From Centroscyllium fabricii (Eukaryota), in contig JBNRSN020000003.1 of the NCBI GenBank assembly GCA_051313645.2, positions 155,248,001 to 155,312,000 of the forward strand: 64,000 nucleotides of DNA. Reading direction: 5' to 3'. The notes below the pieces were generated by a model. That model saw only the letters and a list, made by a program, of their open reading frames with translations, made no database searches and was not told the DNA's origin. Position numbers and translations under genes: made by a program. Shown one piece after another: positions 24,753 to 36,485 of the stretch. The number at the start of each line of letters is the position of its first letter. The first letter of the stretch is position 1.

Positions 24753-25286
24753 TACATTTCAAAAGTAGTTCCATGATATGACCATGTTCCATTGCTGGTC
24801 TTCCCTGTTTGTGGTGCGGATAAGTTTCAGCAAAAACAAAGCAAACAGATATTTGTGTATTTACTCAAAAGTTACAAATGTGATTTTTAAAGTAAATATA
24901 TGCATCTAGCTAGGATCAAAGCTGCCTGTAGCCAGAGCTGAAATTGTAGACCCAATATCATTTTCTGCAGTCAGAGGCATCGAGCAAAATTCCTCCCTCA
25001 GACAGTTCCCTAACTCCTGAGGCAACTTTCATGTAAATGGAGTGTTAAATATTGAGTCAAGACTGAAATTGGAGCTTTGGTTGCCTGGTTTGGAGTGTAA
25101 TGCCTTGCCATTCAGGTTCTAGGCTCACATGTGAATAGGGATAATGTACCTTTAGAGTACAGTATAGGTTTTAAGCTTTGAAGAGCGGGACTTTGAGGCA
25201 ATAATCATTAACCTTCAAGAAAGTAATAGAAGCCAAAGAGAGAGGGAAAAATGGAAAATTGAAAATATTGTATATTAAATGTTATA

Positions 25287-25944
25287 CAGGTTGTGCACCA
25301 TTAATCCAGCACGGGCGGGACCAGGCCCATGCCGGGAAAGTGAAAAAACCGGGAGAATGAAGTTGGACAATGCGCATGCGCGCACCATTCAAAATGGCCG
25401 CGCGCATGCGCACAACATTGGGAATGGCTGGCGAGCGCATGCGCAGATCATCCAATAATAGCCGCCGCAAAGTTTTTTGAGGGGTTCAGGCTTTTGTGGC
25501 GTTCCGTTTGGCTTTTAGGGCTGTCGGGCAGCAGTGAAAGGCCGGTCTTGCAGGGTGGGAAGGAGGGTTGTGCGGGCGCGGGTCGGGCCCAGTAGGTCCG
25601 CCTTCCCTCTCCATCGCCTTTGGGGTTGCTGCTGCCGCCGAGCCGGACTCGGGCTGACAGCTGCTGCCTGGTGACTGTCTGCCTCAGTCAAGGGGCTCAG
25701 CTGTCGAGAAAATAACCGGCGGCCGTATTGAATGATCTGCGCATGCACGAGCCGTCCGGCGACGCATGTGCAGATCATTCAAAACTCCCGGCAGCCGTTT
25801 TGAATGATCTGCGCATGCGCAGATCATTCGCCGAAGCCGGATGGCGGCTGCCATCTTGCGCATGCGCAGTGCAGTCGGGGCAATTTGTGCCGGCAGACTG
25901 AAGCTGCCGGCGTTTCGGGTCACGGATTTTCGGTGCACAACCTG
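25287..25944 (+). mobile_element. Non-autonomous Tc1/mariner TIR element, family A copy 2
   Basis: TA|CAGGTTGTGCACC...GGTGCACAACCTG|TA; same arms, different middle. Confidence 0.88.
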
Positions 25945-26752
25945 TATTCATGTATTTGGTTCCTTAGATGACATACCTCAACAAGCAAATGAATTAATGG
26001 AATCATTTTTTATACTTTTATCTTGCTAACTTTATTTTATCATTAGCCATGAATAGCTAAGAGATGAAAACAAAATCAATTCTAAATTTGATCTATTTAC
26101 TTCAAACAAAGTTGAGAATGCTGCGACTAAATGATAACACTGCCACAAAGCAGTACAGGAGGAGAAGATGCCCAGTTCCCCTCGCTGTGCCGTTATCAGC
26201 TCGCACTTTCAGCAACTTGCTACACAATTTTTTTTAAAAACCTTAACGTGCAAGGGGAAGTCTAACTAACGGCTGCCGTTCGATGTCCTGCGACAGCAAA
26301 TTTCTGGCCCAATATTGATCAGTCTGCAGCAAATACTGTATATTATTTAATAAATGCAAGCGTTGTGAAAATTCACTGCTTTGAATGATGAAGGATGCAA
26401 AGAATTTACTCCAGGTTTTAGTTTAGCTGTAGCTGTAACTTAGTCGTTTACTTCACTTTAGTTTTGTAGCGCCGGCAGGCCTAGAAACCACACGTGAGCC
26501 AGAGCTAGAGAAAACACAGCTTTATTACACTAAGTGAAAACAAGAAAGAGAGTGAACCACTCGAGACAGGCATATTTAAACGGTCCCGCGGTTGGTGACG
26601 TCATCGCGTCGGCCCACGTGATGACGTTGTTGCGTCACCCGGATGAGCGGGGCTTTGCTCCGCGGAGTCCCCGTGGCGGATTCGATGTCCCAGTGGGCGT
26701 ACCGCCACACAGCTCCCCCCTAGAATCCGTCCGGGAGGAATAGTGACAGTGT

Positions 26753-29517
26753 CTATGTGTGCCGTTGGGGTGGCCGGATGATGCGGCCGGACCGTGTTGC
26801 TTGTAGCCTCTGGTTCTGCGGTGGAGTGTGGGCGGGTTTTGTTGCGGGAGGGCGACCGCGTTGCGGTGGTTGTGCGGGGACCGTAGTCTCGCCCGCTATC
26901 ACGTGTGCCGGCTTGAGCCGGTCTATTGTTACAGTGTCAGTCCTGTTACCCATTTGTATTTCGAAAGTTTTCGCTCCCGCCCGAAGCACTCTGTAGGGGC
27001 CATCGTAAGGTGGCTGTAGTGGGGATCGGTGTCCGTCGCGCCGGACGAACACGAATTTAGCATTTTTAATGTTGTCCGGCACCCGAGCTGCCGGCTCTCC
27101 GTGCCGGGCCACTGGTAGTGGCTGGAAAGCTCGTGCCGGGTTAGCAAAATCTTTTAAATACTGGTCGGCTGACCAGGGAGCGTTGGGCTCAGCCAGGAAC
27201 TCGCCCGGCACCGTTAAAGTTTGGCCGTAGACGAGCTCCGCTGCCGAGGCGTTGAGGTCTTCTTTGACTGCCGAGCGCAGCCCGAGGAGGACCCATTGAA
27301 GGCGGTCGGTCCACGATGCGTCTTTTAACGTGGCCCGTAGTGATGCCTTCATCGAGCGGTGGAACCGTTCGCATAGGCTGTTCGCCTGTGGGTGGTATGC
27401 GGTGGTTCGGTGTAGTGTCACCCCGAGGTCGCGGGCGATGGCCGCCCATAATGCCGACGTAAATTGGGGTCTGTCGGAGGTGATGTCTGTGGGCACGCCG
27501 AAGCGGGCGACCCAGGTGGCGATGAACGCCCTGGCCAAGTCCGCGGTGGCGGTGAGGGGGACTGCTTCTGGCCAGCGAGTGTTGCGGTCGACCATGGTCA
27601 TTAGGTGCGTGTGGCCCCGGGATGGCGGTAGTGGCCCGACGAGATCGATGTGGACATGGTCAAAACGCCTGGCCGGTACTTCAAAATTTTCCAGCGGTGC
27701 CCTGATGTGCTTATGCACTTTGGAGCGCTGGCAGGCTATGCAGGAGCTGGCCCAGGCGCGGACGTCCTTGCGCAGGCCGCGCCATACGAATCGGGCCGAT
27801 ATTAACTTAATGGACGCGCGGGCGCCGGGGTGGGACAGGTCATGGAGGGTCCTAAAAATATGTTGCCTCCAAGCGTGGGGCACGACGGGCCTGGGTTGCG
27901 GTAAGGATACGTCGCAGCAGACGACGGTGGTAGCTGGGCCGTGCGTGATATTGGCCAAGTGGAGGCCGGGGAGATTAGTTGCTGCGTTGAGTGGGTCGGC
28001 CAGCTGGTCCGCGGCCAGCTGGGCGTAATCGACCGCCATTTGGGCGGCGTTAATGGTGGGGCGTGAGAGGCAGTCAGCGACCACGTTGTTGCGGCCGGAA
28101 ATATGCTGGATGTCGGTTGTAAATTCCGACACGGCCGCGAGTTGGCGCTGCTGCCTGGCCGACCAGGGTTCAGCGACCTTAGCCATCGCAAACGTGAGTG
28201 GCTTATGGTCGCTGAAGGCTGTAAAGTGGCGGCCCTCCAAGAGGAAACGAAAATGTCGCACCGCCAGATGGAGAGCGAGCAGCTCCCTATCAAAGGCGCT
28301 GTATTTAACCTCTGGGGGCCGGAGTTGCCGGCTGAAAAAGGCCAAGGGCTGCCACGAGTTGCCGGTCCACTGCTCAAATATGGCCCTGACCGCGTGGTCG
28401 GAGGCGTCGGTGGTGAGGGCTACTCTGGCGTTGGGCCTAGGGTGGGCTAGGAGGGTGGCGTTTGCCAGGGCGGTTTTAGTTGCGGTAAAGGCGGTGGCGG
28501 CGTCGGCCGTCCACTCGACCGCAGCCTTATTGGACTGCCCGCGGGTGGCCTGGTATAAGGGGGCCATGAGAGCGGCTGCTCCCGGGATAAAGCGGTTATA
28601 AAAATTAACCATCTCCAGAAATTCCTGCAGCCCTTTAATGGAGTGCGGGCGGGGAAATTCTTGTACCGCCTGCACCTTAGAGGGCAGGGGTATGGCCCCT
28701 GTTTGGGAAATGCGGTGGCCGAGGAAGTCAATGGTCTCGAGGCCGAATTTACATTTAGTGGGGCTTAAGATAAGGCCGTGTTCGGTAAGGCGTTGGAACA
28801 GGGTCCTGAGGTGCAGGAGGTGTTCCTGGGGGGGGAGGTGCTGGCCACGAGGATGTCGTCTAAATAGACGAAGATGAACTTCAAGTCCCGTAGGACCGAG
28901 TCCATGAGGCGCTGGAAGGCCTGGGCCGCGTTTTTAAGGCCGAAGGGCATCCTAAGAAACTCGAAGAGTCCGAAGGGGGTAATGACGGCCGTTTTAGGAA
29001 TGTCCGCCGGGTGCACCGGAACCTGGTGGTAGCCACGCACCAGGTCGATCTTAGAAAAGATCGTACAACCTGCTAGTCTGGCGGAAAAGTCCTGGATGTG
29101 GGGTACGGGGTACCTATCCGGGGTGGTGGCGTTGTTAAGGCGGCGGTAGTTGCCGCAGGGGCGCCAGCCTCCGTCGGGCTTGGGGGCTATGTGGAGCGGA
29201 GAGGACCAGGGGCTGCTGGAGCGGCGGATTATACCGAGTTGTTCCATAGTGCGGAACTCGGTGCGCGCGATCTCCTGCTTGGCCGGGTCGAGCCTACGGG
29301 CGTGGGCATGGACGGGTGGGCCTGTGGTAGTTATAAAATGTACCACCCCGTGTTTGGCCTTGCGGGCGGTGAACGTGGGGTTGGTTAGGGCGGGGAACTC
29401 TGCCAGGAGCGTGCCGTAGGCATCGGAGTCCCTGGAGCGGCATTGGGCTGCCGCGTGGGCCAGGAGTGCGGGCCCTGTGGAGCATGGGATGGTCGTCATG
29501 GTGTTTATATTTACCAA
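26753..29517 (-). pseudogene. pol (RT-RNaseH-integrase) of the CsRN1-like element, split by a frameshift near 28830
   Basis: ORF 28765-29517 ([28 protein letters not shown]) and ORF 26753-28675 (TDASD, YSAFDRELLA, HHCC, DLVGPLP, YDGPY). Confidence 0.88.
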
Positions 29518-29529
29518 GCGGCGCCGAGT

Positions 29530-30541
29530 TACATCGACCAGTAGGCCGGAGGGGAGAAGTGACCTGGGCCGTTACGAAATTCCAGGTGTACGCGTGGCTT
29601 GCAAGGGTTATGGTTAGCATGCGGGTGCCGTACGTTTTTATGTTGGAGCCGTTGGCTGCCGCTCGTGGCGGGCCCCGGGTACCTCGTTTGGTTTCTGCGG
29701 GGGAGGCTGGCACGATGCTGTGCTGCGCGCCTGTGTCGCAGAGGAACCTGAGGCCTGTACCGCTGTCTGTGGCGAAGAGCAGTGCTCCTGTGTGGCCTAC
29801 AGACATGGTGGGGGCTGAGTTGGGCCGTGGCTTGAACGCGCATGGTTGGACGCAGCGGTGCGCTTTGTGTTCGAACCGCGTGTGGTAATAGCACCAGCCG
29901 GTGCTAGAGGGACGCGGTTGTCTGGGTGGGCGCGGGGCCCTGGGTTCAGGTGTAAAGTTGTGCCTGGGGGGTGATTGGCTGCGCGCTACCGATGCGGAGT
30001 TAGGTTCGCACGTGGTAGAGCGGGTGCGCTGCGCCTCCATGAGCCTGTCGGCCTCCTCTCCAAGCTCGTCATCGCTCCGGTGGCCAAGGGCCGCCAAGGC
30101 CGGTCTGATGGCGCGGGGCAGTTTAAGGAGGAAGACGGTGCGGAAGAGGGAGGCCGAGTTGGGTGTGAGCGCTTGCATCTGACCTAAGAGGTCCGATGGG
30201 TCTGCGTCCCCGAGTTCGGGGAGGTCGAGGAGCTGGCAGTCGCGCTCGAATTGGGAGGGGGTAAATTTTTTGATAAGCGCGGCCTTAAGCGTTTCATACC
30301 TGCCTGCGACGGGCACGCGCTGTTTTTTTGACCACCTCCGATCAATCGTCGTCTGTGGTAGGGCTGTGAACACCAGGTCGTAGCGGTCGTCCCCTTGGAT
30401 GCCATGTGTGCGGCAGCTGGTCTCGATACAGACGAACCAGGCCGCTGGCCGTTGCTCCCAGAACTCGGGTAGGGTTAGTCCACGTCCGGCGTTCTGTCCA
30501 GCTCCCTGCGTTCGTGGAGCTTGGTTCCTTGGGTTTACCAT
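29530..30541 (-). pseudogene. gag-protease of the CsRN1-like element
   Basis: ORF 29294-30541 has LPEFWEQRPAAWF, C-X2-H-X9-C-X3-C and LCDTGA. The frame is lost after AQVTSPL, where the usual LGADFL segment appears deleted. Confidence 0.85.
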
Positions 30542-30616
30542 GTTTTCTGATAAAAGTTCTTTGGCTGGTGGTCCCAGATCCTGCGGCAGCTTTTCTTCTC
30601 TGGAAGTAGTTCCAGT

Positions 30617-30628
30617 TCGGGGTCACCA
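30617..30628 (-). other. Primer-binding site complementary to tRNA-Trp 3' end
   Basis: Minus strand TGGTGACCCCGA, 1 nt from the 5' LTR; matches the tRNA-Trp 3' end (...UCGGGGUCACCA). Confidence 0.88.
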
Positions 30629-31302
30629 CTGTAGCGCCGGCAGGCCTAGAAACCACACGTGAGCCAGAGCTAGAGAAAACACCGCTTTATTACACTAAGT
30701 GAAAACAAGAAAGAGAGTGAACCACTCGAGACAGGCATATTTAAACGGTCCCGCGGTTGGTGACGTCATCGCGTCGGCCGACGTGATGACGTCGTCGCGT
30801 CACCCGGATGAGCGGGGCTTTGCTCCGTGGAGTCCCCGTGGCGGATTCGATGTCCCAGTGGGCGTACCGCCACAGTTTCAAGTAAATCCTTCATCCTTGG
30901 GACTTTGTGGAATAGTAGTATCACTACATTGGGCTGGACTGATGCATGAAAATCTTCCTGCTCCGCTGACTTTAAAGTTCTTACATCAATATAGTTTGGG
31001 AGTTGGTTCAGAATGCCCAGTAGGCATAGGCCCACAGCACACAAATTGAACTCATTTATACCATTTGGCACAGAGTTGGTAATCTCACTCAGGCCACAGA
31101 GGGATGATTTCTGCTATTTGCTATTTATAATGAAATCATAAACATATCTTCTGATAAAGTATTGTACCAATCAATACCTCACTTTATTTACAAAAAAGGC
31201 ATTGAATTTGCACACCTTTATCTGCATTTGTCTCTTGTAAACTAACTAATGCAAATCGCTTCTGGGCAAACCTCAGTCCTCCATTAACTTGAGAGAACAG
31301 TA

Positions 31303-32127
31303 CAGGTTGTGCACCGAAAATCCGTGACCCGAAACGCCGGCAGCTTCAGTCTGCCGGAACAAACTGCCCCGACTGCACTGCGCATGCGCAAGATGGCAGC
31401 CGCGATTGCAGCTTCGGTGAATGATCTGCGCATGCGCCGCCAAATGGCGAGCGCATGCGCAGATCATTCAAAACGACTGCTGGGTGTTTTGAATGATCTG
31501 CGCATGCGTCGCCAGACGGCTAGCGCATGCGCAGATCATTCAAAACGGCCGCCGGGCCTTCCGTGGCGTCAGGGCTGGTCCTGTGCGGGAGCCAGGAATG
31601 GGAATGTTGAGCGGAGTTCCTTACCCGGCTTTGCTGCTGCTGGAGTCAGTGGATGAGCGGCTGGCTGAGTGAGTGAACAGCTCCGGCTCATGTCTCGGCA
31701 GTACTAGCACATCCAGTGAGCACTCACTCTAAAAATAGCTCCCCTCCCGCCCCCTCCCCCTGCACCAATCCGCACATACACATGGCCCCACTCAGCCCCC
31801 CTCAACATCAATTACTCCTTTGCTGTGAACTCCCAAAGCCAGCCTCCCCTTTGCACCCCCGGCTCCTGGGGGCCCGGCTCTCTCGGGGCAATGGGCATCC
31901 AGAAACCTGGCTGGCGCTTTTTAAATTAGGTGCCGTGCACTTTCAGAGGACGACTAGTTGTGGACTTTTCCTGCATCGTTCGGCGGCCATTTCCAATGTT
32001 GTGCGCATGCGCGCGGCCATTTTGCATGGTGTGCGCATGCGCACTGACCGACTTCATTCTGCCGGTTTTTTCACTTTCCCGGCACTGGCCTGGTCCCGCC
32101 CGTGCCGGATTTCCGGTGCGCAACCTG
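31303..32127 (-). mobile_element. Non-autonomous Tc1/mariner TIR element, family A copy 3 (inverted)
   Basis: TA|CAGGTTGTGCACCG...CGGTGCGCAACCTG|TA; arms are reverse complements of those in copies 1 and 2; a third distinct middle. Confidence 0.88.
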
Positions 32128-32262
32128 TATATGGGTTTGACCATAAAGTATGAGATTCAACTGGTTGTTGCTGCATGCAGATCTGCTGAAGCGTTCTCAA
32201 AGCAACAAAGTTTCTTTTTAATGTAACTGAGGAGAGGGAAAGCTGTGCATGCTAAGATTTTT

Positions 32263-32951
32263 ATGGTACAGGTATATATCAATGATTTAGACTTCAATAT
32301 AGGGAGCATTATTAAGCAGTTTGCAGATGATGCAAAAATTGGCCATGTGGTTGATAATGAGGAAGAAAGCTGTAGACTGCAGGAAGATAGCTGTAGACTG
32401 CAGGAAGATACCAATGGACTGGTCAGGTGGGCAGAAATGTGGCAAATGGAATTCAATCTGGAGAAGTGTGAGGTAATGTATTTGGGGAGGCCTAACAAGG
32501 CAAGGGAATACACAATAAATGGTAGGATACTGAGAAGTGTAGAGGGACATGGAGTGCATGCCCACAGATCCCCGAATGTAGCAGCATGGGTAGATAAGGT
32601 GGTTAAGAAGGCATACAAGATACTTTCCTTTATTAGCCGAGGCATGGAATATAAGAGCAGGGAGATTATGCTAAAACACTAGTTAGGCCATAACTAGGGT
32701 ATTGTGTACAATTCTGGTCACCACAGGAAAGATGTGACTGCACCAGAGAGAGTACAGAGGAGATTTACGAGGATGTGGCTAAGACTGGAGAATTTTACCT
32801 ATGAGGAAAGATTGGATAGGCTGGGGTTGTTTTCTTTGGAACAGAGGAGGCTGAGTGTAGATTAATTGAGGTGTATAAAATTATGAGGGGCCTAGAGAGA
32901 GTGGATAGGAAGGACCTATTTCCCTCCGAGGTCAATAACCAGGGGGCATAG
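32263..32951 (+). mobile_element. CR1 LINE ORF2 fragment
   Basis: YINDLD, QFADDAKI, WQMEFNLEKCEV, HSWAITRV/YCVQFWSP-type motifs; includes a 21-bp tandem duplication. Confidence 0.88.
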
Positions 32952-34985
32952 AACATAAGAACCTAAGAAATACTAACAGGAATAGACCACTTGGCCCCTC
33001 GAGCCTGCTCCGCCATTCAATAAGATCATGGCTGATCTTGGGCTCAAAGCCACTTCCTGCCTGCTCCCCATCACCCCTCACTCCCTTATCTTGCAAAAAT
33101 CTGTCGATCTCCACCTTAAATGTATTTAATGACCCAGCCTCCATGGCTCTCTGGGGCAGAGAGTTCCACAGATTTACAACCCTCTGAGAAGAAATTCCTC
33201 CTCATCTCAGTTCTAAAAGGGCGACCCTTTATTCTGAAACTATGCCCCCAAGTTCTAGATTTCCCCACGAGGGGAAACAGCCTGCTCAAACTTTCCTCCT
33301 AAGTCAACCCTCTCATATCTGGAATTAACCGTGTGAACTTTCTCTGAACTGCGTCCAATGCAAGTATATCCTTCCTTAAATAAGGAGACCAAAACTGTAC
33401 GCAGTACTCCAGGTGTGGTCTCACCAATACCCTGTACAGTTGTAGCAGGACTTCCCTGCTTTTATACTCCAACCCCCTTGCAATAGAGGCCAACATTCCA
33501 TTTGCCTTTTTGATGCACAATCAATCACTATAAAACAGCGAAGTTTAGCAACTGAGGCTTTTATTAACTTAGAACTGGAGTGTAGGTTCTATCATCATCC
33601 GATCCTGGAATGCCACGAGGTCAGCAGGGTTGCTGCCTTTATACTGGTATTGGTGGGCGGCGCCCGGAGGCGGAGCCGGCTGTGGCATCCCAGATATCTT
33701 TGGCTGGCCAAGAGGCAACTATGTACAGAGACATGGATACAGGGATACAGAGCGTCGTCATGGTAACTATATACAATACTGGTTACAGGGATACAGTGTC
33801 GTCATGGTAACTATATACAATACTAGTCTACCACACTTTTTGATTACTTGCTGTACCTGCATGCTAACCTTTTGTGTTTCATGCACAAGGATCCCCAGGT
33901 CCCTCTGAACTGCAGCATTTTGTAATCTCTCTCTATTTAAATAATAATTTGCTTTTTTATTTTTCCTGCCACATTATACTCCATCTGCCAAATGTTTGCC
34001 CACTCACTTAGCCTGTCTATATCCCATCTCAGATTCTTTGAGTCCTCTGCACAACTTGCTTTCCCACCCATCTTTATATCATCTGCAAACTTGGCTACAT
34101 TACACTCGGTCCCTTCATCCAAGTCATTAATGTAGATTGTAAATAGTTGAGGCCCCAGCACCGATCCCTGTGGCACCCCACGAGTTACTGTTTGCCAACT
34201 GGAAAATGATCCATTTATCCCAACTCTCTGCTTTCTGTTAGCTTGTCAATTTTATATCCATGCTTGTATATTATCACCAACTCGTCAATTCTTATCTTAT
34301 GCAGCAACCTTTTATGTGGCACCTTATCGAATGCCTTCTGGAAATCCAAATACACCAAATCCACTGGATCACCCTTATCCACTCTGCTCGTTACATCCTC
34401 AAAGAACTCCCAACAAATTTGTTAAACATGATTTCCCTTTCATAAAACCATGCTGACTCTGCTTGACTGCATTATGATTTTCCAAATGCCCTGCTACTGC
34501 TTCCTTAATGAAGGACTCCAGCATTTTCCCAACGACAGATGTTAGGCTAACTGGACTATAGTTTCCTGCTTTCTGTCTCCCTCCTTTCTTAAATAGAGGT
34601 GTTACATTGCGGTTTTCCAATCCGCTGGGATCTCTCCAGAGTCCAGGGAATTTTGGTATATTGCAACCAATACATCCACTATCGCTGCAGCCACTTCTTT
34701 TACGACCCTGGGATGCAAGCCATCTGGTCATGGGGACTTGTCATCTTTTAGTCCCATTATTTTACTGAGTTCTATTTCTTTAGTGAGAGTGATTGTCTTT
34801 AGTTCCTCCCTCCCTGTGGCCACTTGATTATCCATTATTGAGATGTTGTTGGTGTCTTCTACCGTGAAGACAGATACAAAATATTTGTTCAGGGTCTCTG
34901 CCATTTCCCCGTTCCCCATTATTAATTCCCCATTCTCGTCCTCTAAGGGACCAATGTTTACTTTAGCTACTCTCTTCCTTTTTAT
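32952..34985 (-). mobile_element. CR1 LINE 3' portion, interrupted by the solo LTR
   Basis: VTPLFKKGG, SQHGFMKGKSCLTNL, PQGSVLGP, KFADD and RPHLEYCVQFWSP motifs; CR1 tail at about 32952. Confidence 0.9.
33511..33835 (-). mobile_element. Solo LTR (325 bp) inserted in a CR1 LINE
   Basis: Minus strand TGTGGTAG...GCATCA; 5-bp TSD CTTTT on both sides; TATAAA and AATAAA on the minus strand; CR1 sequence resumes seamlessly after it. Confidence 0.85.
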
Positions 34986-34989
34986 ATAC

Positions 34990-35273
34990 CATTTTAGATT
35001 TAAAATAATTGCTAGAAGGATTAGAGGGGAGTTGAGGAGAACGTTTTTTGCCCAGACGATAGTGGGGATCTGGAACTCCCTGCCTGAAAGGGTGGTAGAG
35101 GCAAAAACCCTCATTGCATTTAAAAAATACTTAAATGCATTGAACTGCCTTAATCTACAAGGCTACGGACCAAGAGCTGCAAAGTGGCATTAGGCTGGAT
35201 AGCTCTTTCTCGGCCGGCACAGACACGATAGGCCGAATTGCCACCTCCTGTGCCATAAACCTCTCTGATTCTA
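34990..35273 (+). mobile_element. CR1 LINE 3' end
   Basis: RRTFFAQTIVGIWNSLPERVVEA plus a tail hairpin. Confidence 0.85.
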
Positions 35274-35389
35274 TTATTTTATTTCACCCTTTGTTTTCCA
35301 TGGGGCATTTTGTCAGCCAGTCCCCATGCAGTATCCAACATAGCTTTAGGGGATGGGGAGAAAGAGAAGAACCTTTGAGTGAGTTGGAA

Positions 35390-35640
35390 CAGTTAGAACT
35401 GGAGTAATAGTGATGTTGGTTGAGGGGTGAATGTTGGTCATAGAACTTCCTGCTCTTCTTAGAATAGTGTCATGGATCTTTTAGATAGGGCCTCGGTTGA
35501 ATAGCCACTCTTACAGCTCCCTCACTACTATACCAAAGTGTCTGCCTAAATTATATGCTGAAGTTTCAAATAGCTCTTTAACCCACAACCTTCTGAGTGG
35601 GGTGGGGGTAGGCTGGGGAATAGTGCTGCTAATTGAGTCA
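35390..35640 (-). mobile_element. Degraded DeuSINE-like fragment (approximate)
   Basis: ACCCACAACCTTCTGA, CTGCTCTTC..GAATAGTG and GGGCCTCGGTT motifs shared with the other copies. Confidence 0.5.
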
Positions 35641-36485
35641 AACTGGCCAATATGAATCTCAGCTGGGGGGAAATGTCGAGTTATTCCAGCTGGCCTTGGT
35701 GCTTTTAGACTAGGAGAGGGGAAAGATAAGACCGAGTTCCAACTCCAGATCACTTAGACATTCTTGCATTTAGGATTTCGGTAGCTGAGGTTGTAGGGAC
35801 TGTCGTCCCTGCACTGACTCTCCACGTTTTTGTGCGTCACAATTTGTGCCATTGAGATTGGGGAGCCAGTTTTAACAGTAAACGTTGGAAGCCAGAATGT
35901 GGACTTTGATCTCCTGTTATCCAAATTACAAAAGCACTAACTTTGTAATCAGCTCTCTGATGACTTGTATTGGACAAGGTGCATTGTGGCTTGTCAGGTG
36001 ATGGAAGCATCAGGTCCAGTTGTGATGCTCCCCATGTGGGAAAGCTGTTGATATTCTGCTGTCTCACATATGAACAATGCCACATGGGCAAGTCCCAGAT
36101 GACAGCGGGTGCCTGTGGAACCACAGTCCAAGCGTGAATCTGCGCCTTCAGGAAAGAATGGGAGAACATTGGGCATAGTGGAGAAAGAGTTTTTGTGTTG
36201 GAGGTGTGCAAAGCAATTGGAACTTATTTTGTAGTTTAGGTCTGGAGCTGCAGGATAGATGTTTCAGTGATGCATGATAGCTAGCGATTCAGTAGAATTT
36301 GAATTTCGTTGGTGTCACATATTGTGATAAGACTAATTAGTTTTGGTGTCCTATGTTTGTTTCGCATTATCTTCCAATTATTGTTTTGCAATTGTTGGCA
36401 TAATAATCTGTTGAAAATATCACTTTGGACTGCTGAGAAGAAAATTTAGCTTGTAGTTTCATGAATAAGCTAGATGTACAGATTA

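Larger units (their letters stand above)
26465..30874 (-). mobile_element. Full-length Ty3/Gypsy LTR retrotransposon, CsRN1 (Kabuki/Boudicca) clade, frameshifted
   Basis: 245-bp LTRs at 26465-26709 and 30630-30874 (TG..CA, about 5 mismatches by eye); 4-bp TSD GTTT; tRNA-Trp PBS; PPT next to 26710; Gag CHCC motif CYYHTRFEHKAHRCVQPC; protease CDTGA; RT YLDD; RNase H; integrase with GPY motif. Confidence 0.93.

Noticed and set aside
27330-30182. Long + strand ORFs antisense to the CsRN1 pol (e.g. 232 aa, 182 aa)
   Set aside because: Expected shadow ORFs of GC-rich coding sequence with no recognisable motifs.
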